Source of the DNA: an uncultured Verrucomicrobiae bacterium
Lineage (GTDB): Bacteria; Verrucomicrobiota; Verrucomicrobiia; Opitutales; JABDGR01
Length of the DNA: 64,000 nt
Assembly (NCBI GenBank): GCA_963765205.1
Contig: CAVXVB010000009.1
Location: 352,001 to 416,000, forward strand
Reading direction: 5' to 3'
Shown here: positions 18,882-28,321 of the stretch, in pieces
Layout: each line of letters opens with the position of its first letter
How positions within the stretch are numbered: the first letter of the stretch is position 1
Made by a program: the position numbers and the translations under genes
The notes under the pieces: model-generated
What the model saw: only the letters and a program-made list of their open reading frames with translations
Databases searched by the model: none
Told to the model about the DNA's origin: nothing

Positions 18882-18940
18882 CCACCATGGGGTGTTACCC
18901 CACTGGCAGGCCGGCTTGGTGGGGTAACACCCCATGGCGG
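18882..18940. promoter_or_regulatory. 22-bp inverted repeat, each arm a TGGGG-N5-CCCCA box, between divergent genes
   Basis: CCACCATGGGGTGTTACCCCAC / GTGGGGTAACACCCCATGGCGG (1 mismatch). Confidence 0.7.
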
Positions 18941-19025
18941 TTGTGGCACAACGCATATATTATCCTTGCGCCAAATCCATGAAATCACTCCCGCATTCTC
19001 TGAAACAGGCCAACTTTTGAAAAAC

Positions 19026-19643
19026 ATGAACAGTGCATCCTGTGACAATCTGGGCGCGTGGTTCAGCGCCATGCGCGAGCGTTTCGCCTGTACTCACGAA
19101 CCGGCTAAGGAAAAGGACGTTGTTCCAGTCCAGCCCACCGCTGTGGCCGGTCGTAAACATGCCAACCCGTCGCTGTCCGTTGTCATTGTTTACAACGACA
19201 AGCACGCCGCGCTGCGGGCGGCGGAAGCGCTCGTACGCCTGGGTCGCAATTTCGGCGGCGAAGTGCGACAGCGGTTCATGTCCGTGCCGGTTGCCCAGTT
19301 GGACGACGCCACCCGCTTTGACCGGCTGCTCTTTGAGGCCCATTTGGCAGACATGATTATTGTTTCCTACAACGGTTCGAAGGATTTCCCGGTGACACTC
19401 AAAAAATGGATCGCGGATTGCCTCGTGCAGAAGCGCGCGGGACCCTCGGCCCTCGTGGCCCTGTTGAGTTCCAATGAGGTGTTGGACGCGCCCGATTCAC
19501 CCCGCTATCAATTTTTGAAAAATGCCTCCTGGGCCGCGGAATTGAATTTCTTTGCCCCCGGCCCCGACGCTGCGGAAGAAGCGGCGGGCGCGGACGCCAA
19601 AATCCTCGAACGAGCTGATTCCGGCTACCGCAACGGCCAATGA
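19026..19643 (+). CDS. Hypothetical protein, possible degenerate receiver-like fold
   Basis: VVIVYND...ADMIIVS alternating beta/alpha pattern; start uncertain. Confidence 0.6.
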   Translation: MNSASCDNLGAWFSAMRERFACTHEPAKEKDVVPVQPTAVAGRKHANPSLSVVIVYNDKHAALRAAEALVRLGRNFGGEVRQRFMSVPVAQLDDATRFDRLLFEAHLADMIIVSYNGSKDFPVTLKKWIADCLVQKRAGPSALVALLSSNEVLDAPDSPRYQFLKNASWAAELNFFAPGPDAAEEAAGADAKILERADSGYRNGQ

Positions 19644-19674
19644 AGAACACGCCATCTGGGGTCCACGGTTCACC

Positions 19675-20847
19675 ATGAATGCGCAAACAACCCACACCTC
19701 CGCCTCGGCCATCCCAACGCGGCTGCGTCCCCAATCCACCAGCCAACAAATCCTGGCGGACATATTTACCGCCGGCGGCATCCATTTGGGTGGCCAGCGG
19801 CCCTGGGACATCCGCATCAAAGATAATCGTTTCTATGGACGGGTGCTCGCGCGAGGTACACTGGGCTTCGGCGAAGCCTACATGGATGGTTGGTGGGACT
19901 GCGATGCCCTTGATGAGATGTGTTTCCGTGCGATACGGGCCAACCTGACCAAACATGTCCGGCTCGACTTGCGCACAATCATGGCGGTCGGCGCGACGTT
20001 GCTGGTCAACCTGCAAAGCTGTGCGCGGGCGCGTATGGTCGGCCGGCGTCACTACGATCTTGGCAATGACTTATTTGAAGCGATGCTCGGCCCCTCCATG
20101 CAATATTCGTGCGGTTATTTTCAGGGCACCGATGATCTGGCCACGGCCCAACGGTTGAAAATGGATTTAATTTGCCGCAAACTCGGCCTGCGGCCGGGGA
20201 TGCGCCTGCTCGATATCGGTTGCGGCTGGGGCGGGTTGGCGAAGCACGTGGCGGAAAATTATGGTTGCGTTGTCGTCGGGGTGACCATCTCCCGGGAACA
20301 ACAAGCCTACGCCAGAAATCTTTGCCGCAGCCTGCCCGTCGAAATCCGCCTGCAGGACTATCGTGAAGTCAACGAGCCTTTTGACCGCATTGTCAGCGTC
20401 GGCATGATGGAGCATGTGGGGCCCAAGAATTACCGCGGTTTTATGCGGGTCGCCCGACGGTGTCTCAGCGAGGAAGGACTGTTCCTCTGCCACACCATTG
20501 GCGACAGCGTGTCAGCCATCCGCCCCGATCCCTGGATCGCCCGTTACATCTTTCCCAACTCGCTGCTGCCTTCCCTCGCTCAAATCGCCCGCGCGGCGGA
20601 AGGACTGTTCGTGATTGAAGATGTGCATGGATTCGGCGCCAGTTATGACCACACCCTGCTGGCCTGGGAGCGTAATATTCAGCAGGCGTGGCCGCGGCTC
20701 AAAGACCGCTATGGAGAGCGGTTCCAGCGCATGTGGCGGTATTATCTGCTCGGCTGCGCGGGAGCGTTCCGGGCCCGCCATATCCAACTTTTCCAGTGCC
20801 TCTTTTCCACGCGAGGCGTCCTGGGGGGATATGTGGCCCCGCGCTGA
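19675..20847 (+). CDS. cfa: Cyclopropane-fatty-acyl-phospholipid synthase
   Basis: GEAYMDGWW, HYDLGNDLF, LLDIGCGWGG, SVGMMEHVG, RMWRYYL. Confidence 0.95.
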   Translation: MNAQTTHTSASAIPTRLRPQSTSQQILADIFTAGGIHLGGQRPWDIRIKDNRFYGRVLARGTLGFGEAYMDGWWDCDALDEMCFRAIRANLTKHVRLDLRTIMAVGATLLVNLQSCARARMVGRRHYDLGNDLFEAMLGPSMQYSCGYFQGTDDLATAQRLKMDLICRKLGLRPGMRLLDIGCGWGGLAKHVAENYGCVVVGVTISREQQAYARNLCRSLPVEIRLQDYREVNEPFDRIVSVGMMEHVGPKNYRGFMRVARRCLSEEGLFLCHTIGDSVSAIRPDPWIARYIFPNSLLPSLAQIARAAEGLFVIEDVHGFGASYDHTLLAWERNIQQAWPRLKDRYGERFQRMWRYYLLGCAGAFRARHIQLFQCLFSTRGVLGGYVAPR

Positions 20848-21023
20848 CCTGGGCCGGCGCGAGGGTTAATCATCGTGCCAGATCTCCCCTGGATTAGTCC
20901 ACGTTGGCAAACCTTGGTATTTGACATTTTGGCTAGACGTTTGGCTTGGATTGCGACCAGAATCACGGTGCCTGGCTCGTCTCCTCGCGGGGCAACCTCT
21001 TCGACGGCTGCCGGCCATTTTTT

Positions 21024-21419
21024 ATGCGTGTTACCTTTCGACAAATTCTCGCGCGGGGGCTGCGGCGGCAGTGTCCGAATTGCGGCGGCCCGCTGGTATT
21101 CGGCCCGAAAATGCGCCTGCCGGAGCGCTGCCCGCAATGCGCCGCGCGCTGGGACCGCGGTAATGGATTTTTTCTCGGCGCGATGGTGTGGAATTATGGC
21201 GTGACGGTGTTCGGGCTGCTGGCGCTGGTGCTCTTCTTGGCCAGCCGGGGCTGGTTGCCGGTGAGCGTGGCCATCGGACTGGGCGTGGGCATCGCGCTCG
21301 TCTTTCCTTGGCTGTTTTATAAAATTTCGTGGAGCCTCTGGATCACATCCTATTATCTGGTGCTGCCCAACGAATTGCCGGCCAATGCCGACGAAGAACA
21401 TCCTGCTTTGCGCCGATGA
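21024..21419 (+). CDS. DUF983-domain membrane protein
   Basis: RGLRRQCPNCG...CPQC followed by two TM helices. Confidence 0.8.
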   Translation: MRVTFRQILARGLRRQCPNCGGPLVFGPKMRLPERCPQCAARWDRGNGFFLGAMVWNYGVTVFGLLALVLFLASRGWLPVSVAIGLGVGIALVFPWLFYKISWSLWITSYYLVLPNELPANADEEHPALRR

Positions 21420-22342
21420 AGAAAAAGAAATCCGCTCCGGCCCGCCGTGCTCCGGGCGTCATTGACGTCCACACGCACGCCTACCCACCCGAAATTTTTG
21501 CCGACCCGGCGGGCTGGGCGCGCGCGCGCGGCGAACACCATTGGGCCGCCCTGGTGGGGCCGCGCGCCGATGGCCGGCGCTCGCTCCAGGGCTTTGCCGA
21601 CCGCGGTGCAATGCTGCGCGCGATGGATGCCGCTGGGGTAGAGCGCTGTGTGCTGCTAGGCTGGTATTGGGAGCGCCACGAGACGTGCGTCTGGCACAAT
21701 GCGGTGATGGCGGAGTGGTTGCGCGCCAGCCCGGACCGTTTTGGCGCCTTCGCCAGTGTCCAACCCCTCGCCGGCACGGCGGCGCTGGAAGATTTGCGCC
21801 GGGTGCGTGATGAGGGCTTTTGCGGCGTCGGCGAAATTTTTCCCGCTGCCCAGGGATTCGCCATGGACGACCCGGAATGGGGATGTGTGCTGGCCTGGGC
21901 CGCAGAGGAAAAATGGCCCGTCAACCTGCATGTCCCCGAGCCGGCCGGGCGCGATTATCCGGGCTACATGGCCGCGCCGCTGCGCGATTACCAGCGCCTG
22001 GCCCGTGCGCACCCGCGCAACACTTTCATCTTCGCGCACTGGGGCGGGCTGCTGCCGCTGCTGGCGCTGAATTCGGCCGTGCGCGCCGATTTGCGCAACG
22101 TGCATTTCGACTCCGCCGCCAGCCCGCTGCTGTATGACGCCTTAGTTTACCGCCGGGTGGCGGACGCGGTCGGCGCGGAGCGCATTTTGTTCGGCAGCGA
22201 TTATCCACTCCGCGTCTTTCCGCGCGAACAGCGCGAGCCGGATTTCGCGCGGCCGCTGGCGGAGGCAAGGAAATCGGGACTAACAACAGACGAACTGGCA
22301 CAGGTATTGGGTGGCAACGCGCGAAAGTTGCTGGGGTGGTAG
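21416..22342 (+). CDS. Amidohydrolase_2 family protein
   Basis: IDVHTH, GEI, NLH, AHWGG, LFGSDYP, GGNARKLL. Confidence 0.92.
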   Translation: MKKKKSAPARRAPGVIDVHTHAYPPEIFADPAGWARARGEHHWAALVGPRADGRRSLQGFADRGAMLRAMDAAGVERCVLLGWYWERHETCVWHNAVMAEWLRASPDRFGAFASVQPLAGTAALEDLRRVRDEGFCGVGEIFPAAQGFAMDDPEWGCVLAWAAEEKWPVNLHVPEPAGRDYPGYMAAPLRDYQRLARAHPRNTFIFAHWGGLLPLLALNSAVRADLRNVHFDSAASPLLYDALVYRRVADAVGAERILFGSDYPLRVFPREQREPDFARPLAEARKSGLTTDELAQVLGGNARKLLGW

Positions 22343-22441
22343 TCCGTTTTAATACCCAAGCCAAGGGATTCACTGCCCGCATGGCCTCCATTAGCGGCGT
22401 GAATTGTCAGGCGGGTTATCAAGTTGGCTGGCGCGCGCCCC

Positions 22442-22481
22442 TTGACATTACCGAACTTTCAGTATATACCGAAAGTATAAT
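22442..22481 (+). promoter_or_regulatory. Promoter (TTGACA) overlapped by a GbsR-type operator
   Basis: AACTTTCAG-TATATA-CCGAAAGTATAA; near-copy at 23181-23207. Confidence 0.75.
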
Positions 22482-22498
22482 CCTTAAACCACTCCCCC

Positions 22499-23029
22499 AT
22501 GACCACCACCGATCACACCACTGCCGAAGTGCGGGCCGCGCGCGAGCGCTTTATCTCCCAGTGGGGCGTGATCAGCGCCGCCTGGGGCATCAACCGCACC
22601 ATGGCGCAAATCCACGCGCTGCTGCTGACCAGCCCCGCGCCGCTGGCCACCGACGACATCATGGCCGCCCTCCAGATCAGCCGCGGCAACGTGAACACCA
22701 ACTTGCGCGAGCTGGTGGGGTGGGGCCTCCTGCGCGTGGTGCTGCGCAAAGGCGAGCGCAAGGAGTATTTCGAGGCTGAAAAAGAAGTCTGGAAAATCTT
22801 TTGCATCATTGCGCGCGAGCGCCAGCGCCGCGAGATCGAGCCGGCGCTCGCCGTCCTGCGCGAGTGCGCGGAGCGAACCGCGAAGCTCAAGGGCGCGGAA
22901 GCCGCGGAGTTTCACGCGACCATGCGCCACCTCGGCGATTTCGTCCGCCAGGCCTCGGGGGCGATGGACCGGGTCGCGCGCAGCGAGCGCAGCAAAATCA
23001 TGCCGCTGATTTTCAAAATGTTAAAATGA
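22499..23029 (+). CDS. GbsR/MarR-family transcriptional regulator
   Basis: FISQWG..WGINRTMAQIHALL...ISRGNVNTNLREL..WGL...GERKEYFEAE. Confidence 0.92.
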   Translation: MTTTDHTTAEVRAARERFISQWGVISAAWGINRTMAQIHALLLTSPAPLATDDIMAALQISRGNVNTNLRELVGWGLLRVVLRKGERKEYFEAEKEVWKIFCIIARERQRREIEPALAVLRECAERTAKLKGAEAAEFHATMRHLGDFVRQASGAMDRVARSERSKIMPLIFKMLK

Positions 23030-23180
23030 ACTCCTGTTTTTCCCATGAAGGCACTTCCGCATCGTCCGCCGCCCGCCGTCCGCGCCCCGCGCAAACGGCG
23101 TTTGGCCGGCGCGCTGGGGGCCTTTGGCGGCGGTGGGGGCTTGCCCTGCTGGTTCGTGGGATTGCTTTTTTTATACGATA

Positions 23181-23207
23181 AACTTTCAGAATTTCCCGGA
23201 AGTATAA
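23181..23207. promoter_or_regulatory. Second copy of the GbsR-type operator
   Basis: AACTTTCAG-AATTTC-CCGGAAGTATAA. Confidence 0.75.
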
Positions 23208-23261
23208 AACAAAACATAAACCAGCAACCAACGCCGGAGACCCCGCCGGCGCTTCCCCGCC

Positions 23262-23702
23262 ATGAACACCCTTAATCTCCTCCTATGGGGCCTGCGCTTG
23301 GCCGGCGCGGGCCAGCTTTTCATCGCCGGCATCTATTTCTGGATGCGGCGCATTGTCGGCTGGGACGCCAACGTTGCGCAACTGCGCCCGCACAACCGCT
23401 GTATCGCCCACACCTACGCGCGCTATATTCAGGCGATTAACACGGTTTTTGGTTTGATTAGCCTGTTCCAACCGCGCGCTCTGCTTGGAAAAACGCCGCT
23501 GGCCGCCGATCTCACGCTGTTCATCGGCGTTTACTGGCTGGGCCGGCTGGTGCTCGGGCTGTTTTATTACGACACGCGCGAAATCACGTCGCAACGCGCG
23601 CTTTTTCGATTCGGAGAATATGCCTTCAACCTGCTGTTTGCCTTTCAAGCCGTTGCATTGTTAATGGCGTTTGCGCATAACGTCAGCTGGTTGGAAGGCT
23701 GA
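23262..23702 (+). CDS. Four-TM membrane protein
   Basis: LRLAGAGQL...YWLGRLVL; paralog of 24675-25061. Confidence 0.8.
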   Translation: MNTLNLLLWGLRLAGAGQLFIAGIYFWMRRIVGWDANVAQLRPHNRCIAHTYARYIQAINTVFGLISLFQPRALLGKTPLAADLTLFIGVYWLGRLVLGLFYYDTREITSQRALFRFGEYAFNLLFAFQAVALLMAFAHNVSWLEG

Positions 23703-23748
23703 TTTTTAGCCATGGCGTTTGAGCCACCGTAGTCTTTCTTTACCCTTT

Positions 23749-24647
23749 ATGCCAATTTCCTCCTTAGCCACGGAGAAAAGGCACTACCTCCCCCTGTTGG
23801 CATGGCCGAGTGGGGTATTGCTGGCTTGGGTGATTTGGGGTTCGGCATGGCCGCGCTGGGTGGTGATGTGGATGGTGGCGCTGGCATTTTTCGCCGGCTG
23901 CAAATGGCTGACCTGGCGGGCCGCGCGGCCAGACGGCGTCCCCATCTGGCGGCAGGCGGCCTACCTGTTGCTCTGGCCCGGACTCGACGCGGAAGCTTTT
24001 TTATTCAACGGTTCACTACTACGACGCAAACTTCCGACTCCTTCTGCTTGGTGGTTGGCCACCTTCAACCTCATCTTTGGTGCCGCGCTCTTTTGGGTTT
24101 GCGCCCGCCAATGGCCGACAACGTGGTGGTGGGCGCGGGGCTGGACCGGCATGACGGGTTTCATCCTCGCCGCCCATTGCGGAATTTTTCAGATATTGAG
24201 TTACATTTGGCAAACGGTTGGCCTGGACGCGCGACCCTTGATGAATTGGCCCCTGTGCTCATGCAATGTCAGCGAATTTTGGGGCCAGCGTTGGAACACC
24301 GCCTTTCGTGACTTTGCCCACCGATTTTTATTTCAGCCGCTGGCCCAGCGCTGCGGGCCGCGCTACGCGTTGCTGGTAGGTTTTTTTTTAGCGGGGTGGT
24401 GCATGAGTTGGTGGTGACGGTCCCGGCGGGCGGTGGCTATGGCGGACCGACCCTCTTCTTCAGTTGCCAAGGCGTGGCCATTTTATTCGAGCGGTCGCAT
24501 ATGGGAAAATCCCTGGGCTTGGGCCGGGGTTTTCGCGGTTGGGCTTTCACCCTGCTGGAATTGACCGCCACCGCCAGCCTCGCCTTTCCAACGGCTTTTG
24601 TCCAAAACGTCGTCTTGCCATTCATGCGCGCCGCCGGGGCGCTTTAA
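23749..24647 (+). pseudogene. MBOAT_2 (wax-synthase-like) acyltransferase split by a frameshift in a T9 tract
   Basis: SEFWGQRWNTAF in the first frame; SGVVHE catalytic-His motif only in the shifted frame after T9 at 24381-24389. Confidence 0.8.
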
Positions 24648-24674
24648 CGGAGCACTAAAATTAACCTCGCACAA

Positions 24675-25061
24675 TTGATTCGCCTGGCTGGGGTTGGGCA
24701 ACTGGGCATCCTGGTCGCTTCGGCGCTCGTGCCTTTTCAACTCGATTGGAAAACTATATTTTCCGCGCTGCCCCGCCTGCATCGTCAGATGTATTGGACC
24801 TATGGCGGCTACGTGGTGCTGGCGATTCTCTTCAATGGACTGGTCTGCCTTGCCGCGCCGGCCGAATTGGCGGGCGGCGGCCGGCTGGCCCGCCTAGTCT
24901 GCGGCTACATCGCGGTGTTCTGGGGTGTGCGGCTGATTTTGCAGGCGGTTTTCGACGTGAAACCCTTTCTAACCGCGTGGTGGCTGCGGGCGGGTTATTA
25001 TTTGCTCACCGTGCTCTTCGCCGCCTTCACCGCACTGTTCGCTTATGCGGCCTGGCATTAA
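24675..25061 (+). CDS. Four-TM membrane protein
   Basis: IRLAGVGQL...LDWK...FWGVRLILQ; TTG start uncertain. Confidence 0.8.
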   Translation: MIRLAGVGQLGILVASALVPFQLDWKTIFSALPRLHRQMYWTYGGYVVLAILFNGLVCLAAPAELAGGGRLARLVCGYIAVFWGVRLILQAVFDVKPFLTAWWLRAGYYLLTVLFAAFTALFAYAAWH

Positions 25062-25100
25062 CGAATTGAACACGAATCCATCCCTTTGCATAATCCCGCC

Positions 25101-25541
25101 ATGAAAAGCGACTTGCGTTTCATTTGTGAGATGTTTCTGCCCTCGCTGCTGGGGGCGGTTTATCTGGTGGCGTGGTGCGGTTTCGCCAGCACGGTGGGAA
25201 TTCGAACAGGACTCACGATGGACGACTACTCGGCAGGTTTGCCGACGCTGGCCTGGTTGCTGGGCGGGACGGCGATTTTGAGCGTCATCTACGCGACGGC
25301 GATGGAAGTAGCCCTCGATCTCGGCTTGAAGGCGCATTCGTGGATGCTCGTTTTGTTTTCGGAAATGCTGGGCTTGGCGGCGGGCCTGTTCTTCGACTTG
25401 GTGGTTTTTCGGCAGGACACAACTTTCAACCATGATAACGGCCTGGAGATGGTCGGTATGCTCACGGGGCTGACCGTGGGTTTGATTATCAAGGTGGTTT
25501 TTTCCAGCCCGCCGGTGGCAAGACTCCCCATGGAGATTTGA
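25101..25541 (+). CDS. Hypothetical membrane protein
   Basis: Four hydrophobic segments; co-oriented with the operon. Confidence 0.6.
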   Translation: MKSDLRFICEMFLPSLLGAVYLVAWCGFASTVGIRTGLTMDDYSAGLPTLAWLLGGTAILSVIYATAMEVALDLGLKAHSWMLVLFSEMLGLAAGLFFDLVVFRQDTTFNHDNGLEMVGMLTGLTVGLIIKVVFSSPPVARLPMEI

Positions 25542-25543
25542 AT

Positions 25544-26218
25544 TCAAGCTGGGGCCAACGCAAAGGTTGCCGAACCTAGGTCTTGCAAATTATCAAACAC
25601 CGCCTCGGGCGGCGGCTGGTGGGCGAGGAGTTGCGCACGGGTGTGGCTGCCGGTGGCGACGGCCTGGCAACGCACGCCGGCGTTCGCCGCCGCTTCGATG
25701 TCAAAAGGCGAGTCGCCCACGAGCAGGGCGTCTTTCGCTGCGACGCCGAGTTTTTCCACCGCGTGGAGGACGAACTCGCGCTTGGGCTTGCGCCACGGCG
25801 TGTCGTGCGTGCCGAGGACGAGTTTCACCCACTTATCCCAGCCGAGGTGGCGGACGACGGCGCGGGCGGTGTCGCCCTGTTTGTTCGTGAGCACGGCCTG
25901 GCGCAGGCCGCGCGCGTGCAACTGTTCGAGCAGGCGGGCCGCGCCGGGCAGGGGGTGCAAGTCCTCGAACATGATCTTGGCGAAAAACTCGTGGTAATAG
26001 GGGAGGGCGCGCGGGGCCAATTCCGAGCCGATGAGGCGCGCCATCGTCACCTCAATGGAGCCGCCGACCGTGGCGCGCACCAATTCATAACTCGAGGGCG
26101 GCGCGCCAATGGCGCGCTGGGCATGGGTGATGGCTCGGTGAATCGCCGTGAAATGGTCCACGAGGGTGCCGTCGAGGTCGTAGAGAATCGCCTTGCCCGG
26201 CGCGTGGCCTGTTTGCAT
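25544..26218 (-). CDS. HAD-IA hydrolase (phosphoglycolate phosphatase-like)
   Basis: YDLDGTLVD, VLTNK, RKP, VGDSPFD. Confidence 0.92.
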   Translation of the reverse strand: MQTGHAPGKAILYDLDGTLVDHFTAIHRAITHAQRAIGAPPSSYELVRATVGGSIEVTMARLIGSELAPRALPYYHEFFAKIMFEDLHPLPGAARLLEQLHARGLRQAVLTNKQGDTARAVVRHLGWDKWVKLVLGTHDTPWRKPKREFVLHAVEKLGVAAKDALLVGDSPFDIEAAANAGVRCQAVATGSHTRAQLLAHQPPPEAVFDNLQDLGSATFALAPA

Positions 26219-26272
26219 CTTCACGAATAGGCGCGAAAGCCGAGGTGTTTTCAAGTCCGAACCTCTTTTCCC

Positions 26273-27424
26273 ATGCAACCGACCGCCCCCTCTCCGGATG
26301 TTGAGACGCTTGTCGTGACACGCGACGGCGGCGCGCTGTGCCTGCGTCTGTCGGGTGAGTGGACGCTGCTGGCGCGCGGCCGGCCGGACACGTCGGTCGT
26401 GCAGGCTGAATTCGCGCAATTTGACCACCTGCCGGAGACGATGCGCTTCGACCTCGCAGGCGTGACCAAATACGACACGGCGCTAATCACCTTTTTGCTC
26501 AAGTGCCATGACATTTGCGCCGCGACCAAGACTAAATTCGATTTTGAGAGCCTGCCGGACAGCCCGCGGCAACTCCTCGTATTGGCCACAAGCGTGCCGC
26601 AAGTCGAGGACGTGCATAAGCGCCCCGAGCAACTCAACCCCCTGGCCCGGATTGGCCGCTGGGCGCAGGGCGCGGCAGAAGAAACGCTCGAAATTCTGCA
26701 ATTCCTCGGTGACTGTGTCATCGCCTTTGCGCGATTCTTCATGGGCCGGGCGCGCTTTCGCTGGTCGGATGTGTGGCTCGAAATGCAGCACTGTGGAGCG
26801 GACGCGCTGCCGATCATCTCGCTAATCGGTTTTCTGATGGGCCTGATTCTTGCCTATGTTGGCGCGGTGACGTTGCGGCCCTATGGCGGGTTGATCTTCA
26901 TCGCCAACCTGGTCGGCCTCGCGATGGTGCGCGAGATGGGCGTGATGATGACGGGGGTGCTCATGAGCGGGCGCACCGGCGCGTCATTCGCCGCGCAACT
27001 GGGCACGATGAAAGTCTCCGAGGAAATTGCCGCGCTGCGCACTTTGGGCCTGTCGCCCATCGAATACCTGGTGCTGCCGCGCATGATCGCGTTATTTCTG
27101 ATGTTTCCGTTGCTGACCCTTTACGCCAACTTTATCGGCATGTTTGGCGGCCTGGTGATTGCGCTCACCATGGGCGTGGATTTTTCGCAATACACCAACC
27201 AACTGATCAGCGCGGTGGACTTGACGAACTTGTCCGTCGGCCTCATCAAGAGTTTTGTGTTCGGGCTGATTGTGGCGGCGACGGGTTGCCTGCGCGGCAT
27301 GCAATGCGGCAACAGTTCCGCCGCAGTCGGTTTGGCGACGACCCGCGCGGTTGTTTCCGGCATCACCTGCATGGTGATCGCCGACGCGGTCTTTGCCGTC
27401 GTGTTTAACAAGCTGGGCATGTAG
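26273..27424 (+). CDS. mlaE: MlaE-family permease with N-terminal STAS-like domain
   Basis: VREMG...GRTGASFAAQLGTMKVSEEIAALRTLGLSP..YLVLPR. Confidence 0.92.
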   Translation: MQPTAPSPDVETLVVTRDGGALCLRLSGEWTLLARGRPDTSVVQAEFAQFDHLPETMRFDLAGVTKYDTALITFLLKCHDICAATKTKFDFESLPDSPRQLLVLATSVPQVEDVHKRPEQLNPLARIGRWAQGAAEETLEILQFLGDCVIAFARFFMGRARFRWSDVWLEMQHCGADALPIISLIGFLMGLILAYVGAVTLRPYGGLIFIANLVGLAMVREMGVMMTGVLMSGRTGASFAAQLGTMKVSEEIAALRTLGLSPIEYLVLPRMIALFLMFPLLTLYANFIGMFGGLVIALTMGVDFSQYTNQLISAVDLTNLSVGLIKSFVFGLIVAATGCLRGMQCGNSSAAVGLATTRAVVSGITCMVIADAVFAVVFNKLGM

Positions 27425-27446
27425 GCATCGCCAAACTTCTCCTTTT

Positions 27447-28277
27447 ATGTCCGACCCCGATTCTTCGCCCCAAATTTCCGTCCGCCAACTGACTATGGCG
27501 TATGGCGACTACGTCGTGATGCGCGACCTGACGTTCGACATCCGCCGCGGGGAAATTTTCATCATCATGGGCGGCTCCGGGTCGGGCAAGAGCACGTTGT
27601 TGCGTCACCTCATCGGGCTGCAGGAACCCGCCGCGGGCAAGGTTTATTACAATGGGGTGGACTTTACGAATGCGGGGCCGGAGCGGCGCAACCAGATTCT
27701 GCGCAAGTTCGGTGTCATGTTCCAAGGGGGGGCGTTGTGGAGTTCGCTCACCTTGGCGGAAAACGTCGCGTTTCCGCTGGAGGAGTTCACCGACCTGCCG
27801 GCGGCCACCATCCGGGAAACGGTCGAGTTGAAACTGGCACTCGTCGGGCTGCGCGGCTTCGAGGATTTTTACCCCGCGGAAATTTCCGGGGGCATGTGCA
27901 AGCGCGCCAGCCTGGCGCGCGCCATGGCGCTCGATCCCGAAATTTTGTTTTTTGACGAACCCTCGGCGGGCCTCGATCCCGTCAGCGCGCGGCGGCTGGA
28001 CGAGCTGATTCTCGAATTGCGCGATTCGCTCGGCACGACCGTCGTCGTGGTCACCCATGAGCTGGCCAGCATTTTTGCCATCGCCGACTGCGCGGTTTTC
28101 CTCGACGTGGCCACGCGCACGCTCGGCGGCCTCGGCGACCCGATGGTGCTGCGCTCGCAAAGCGACAATGAAAACCTGCGGCTCTTCCTCAACCGTGGCA
28201 TGGTGGGCCAGCACCACCTGCCCGACCCGGCAACGGGCGCGCCCTATCTGGTCACCACCCAGCGGCGGTCCCCGTAA
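27447..28277 (+). CDS. mlaF: MlaF-family ABC ATPase
   Basis: GGSGSGKST, ISGGM.KR..LARA, DEPSAGLDP. Confidence 0.93.
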   Translation: MSDPDSSPQISVRQLTMAYGDYVVMRDLTFDIRRGEIFIIMGGSGSGKSTLLRHLIGLQEPAAGKVYYNGVDFTNAGPERRNQILRKFGVMFQGGALWSSLTLAENVAFPLEEFTDLPAATIRETVELKLALVGLRGFEDFYPAEISGGMCKRASLARAMALDPEILFFDEPSAGLDPVSARRLDELILELRDSLGTTVVVVTHELASIFAIADCAVFLDVATRTLGGLGDPMVLRSQSDNENLRLFLNRGMVGQHHLPDPATGAPYLVTTQRRSP

Positions 28278-28321
28278 TTGCGGCTTTTCATTTCCGGCGG
28301 CAGCCGCCATCATGGAGTTTT

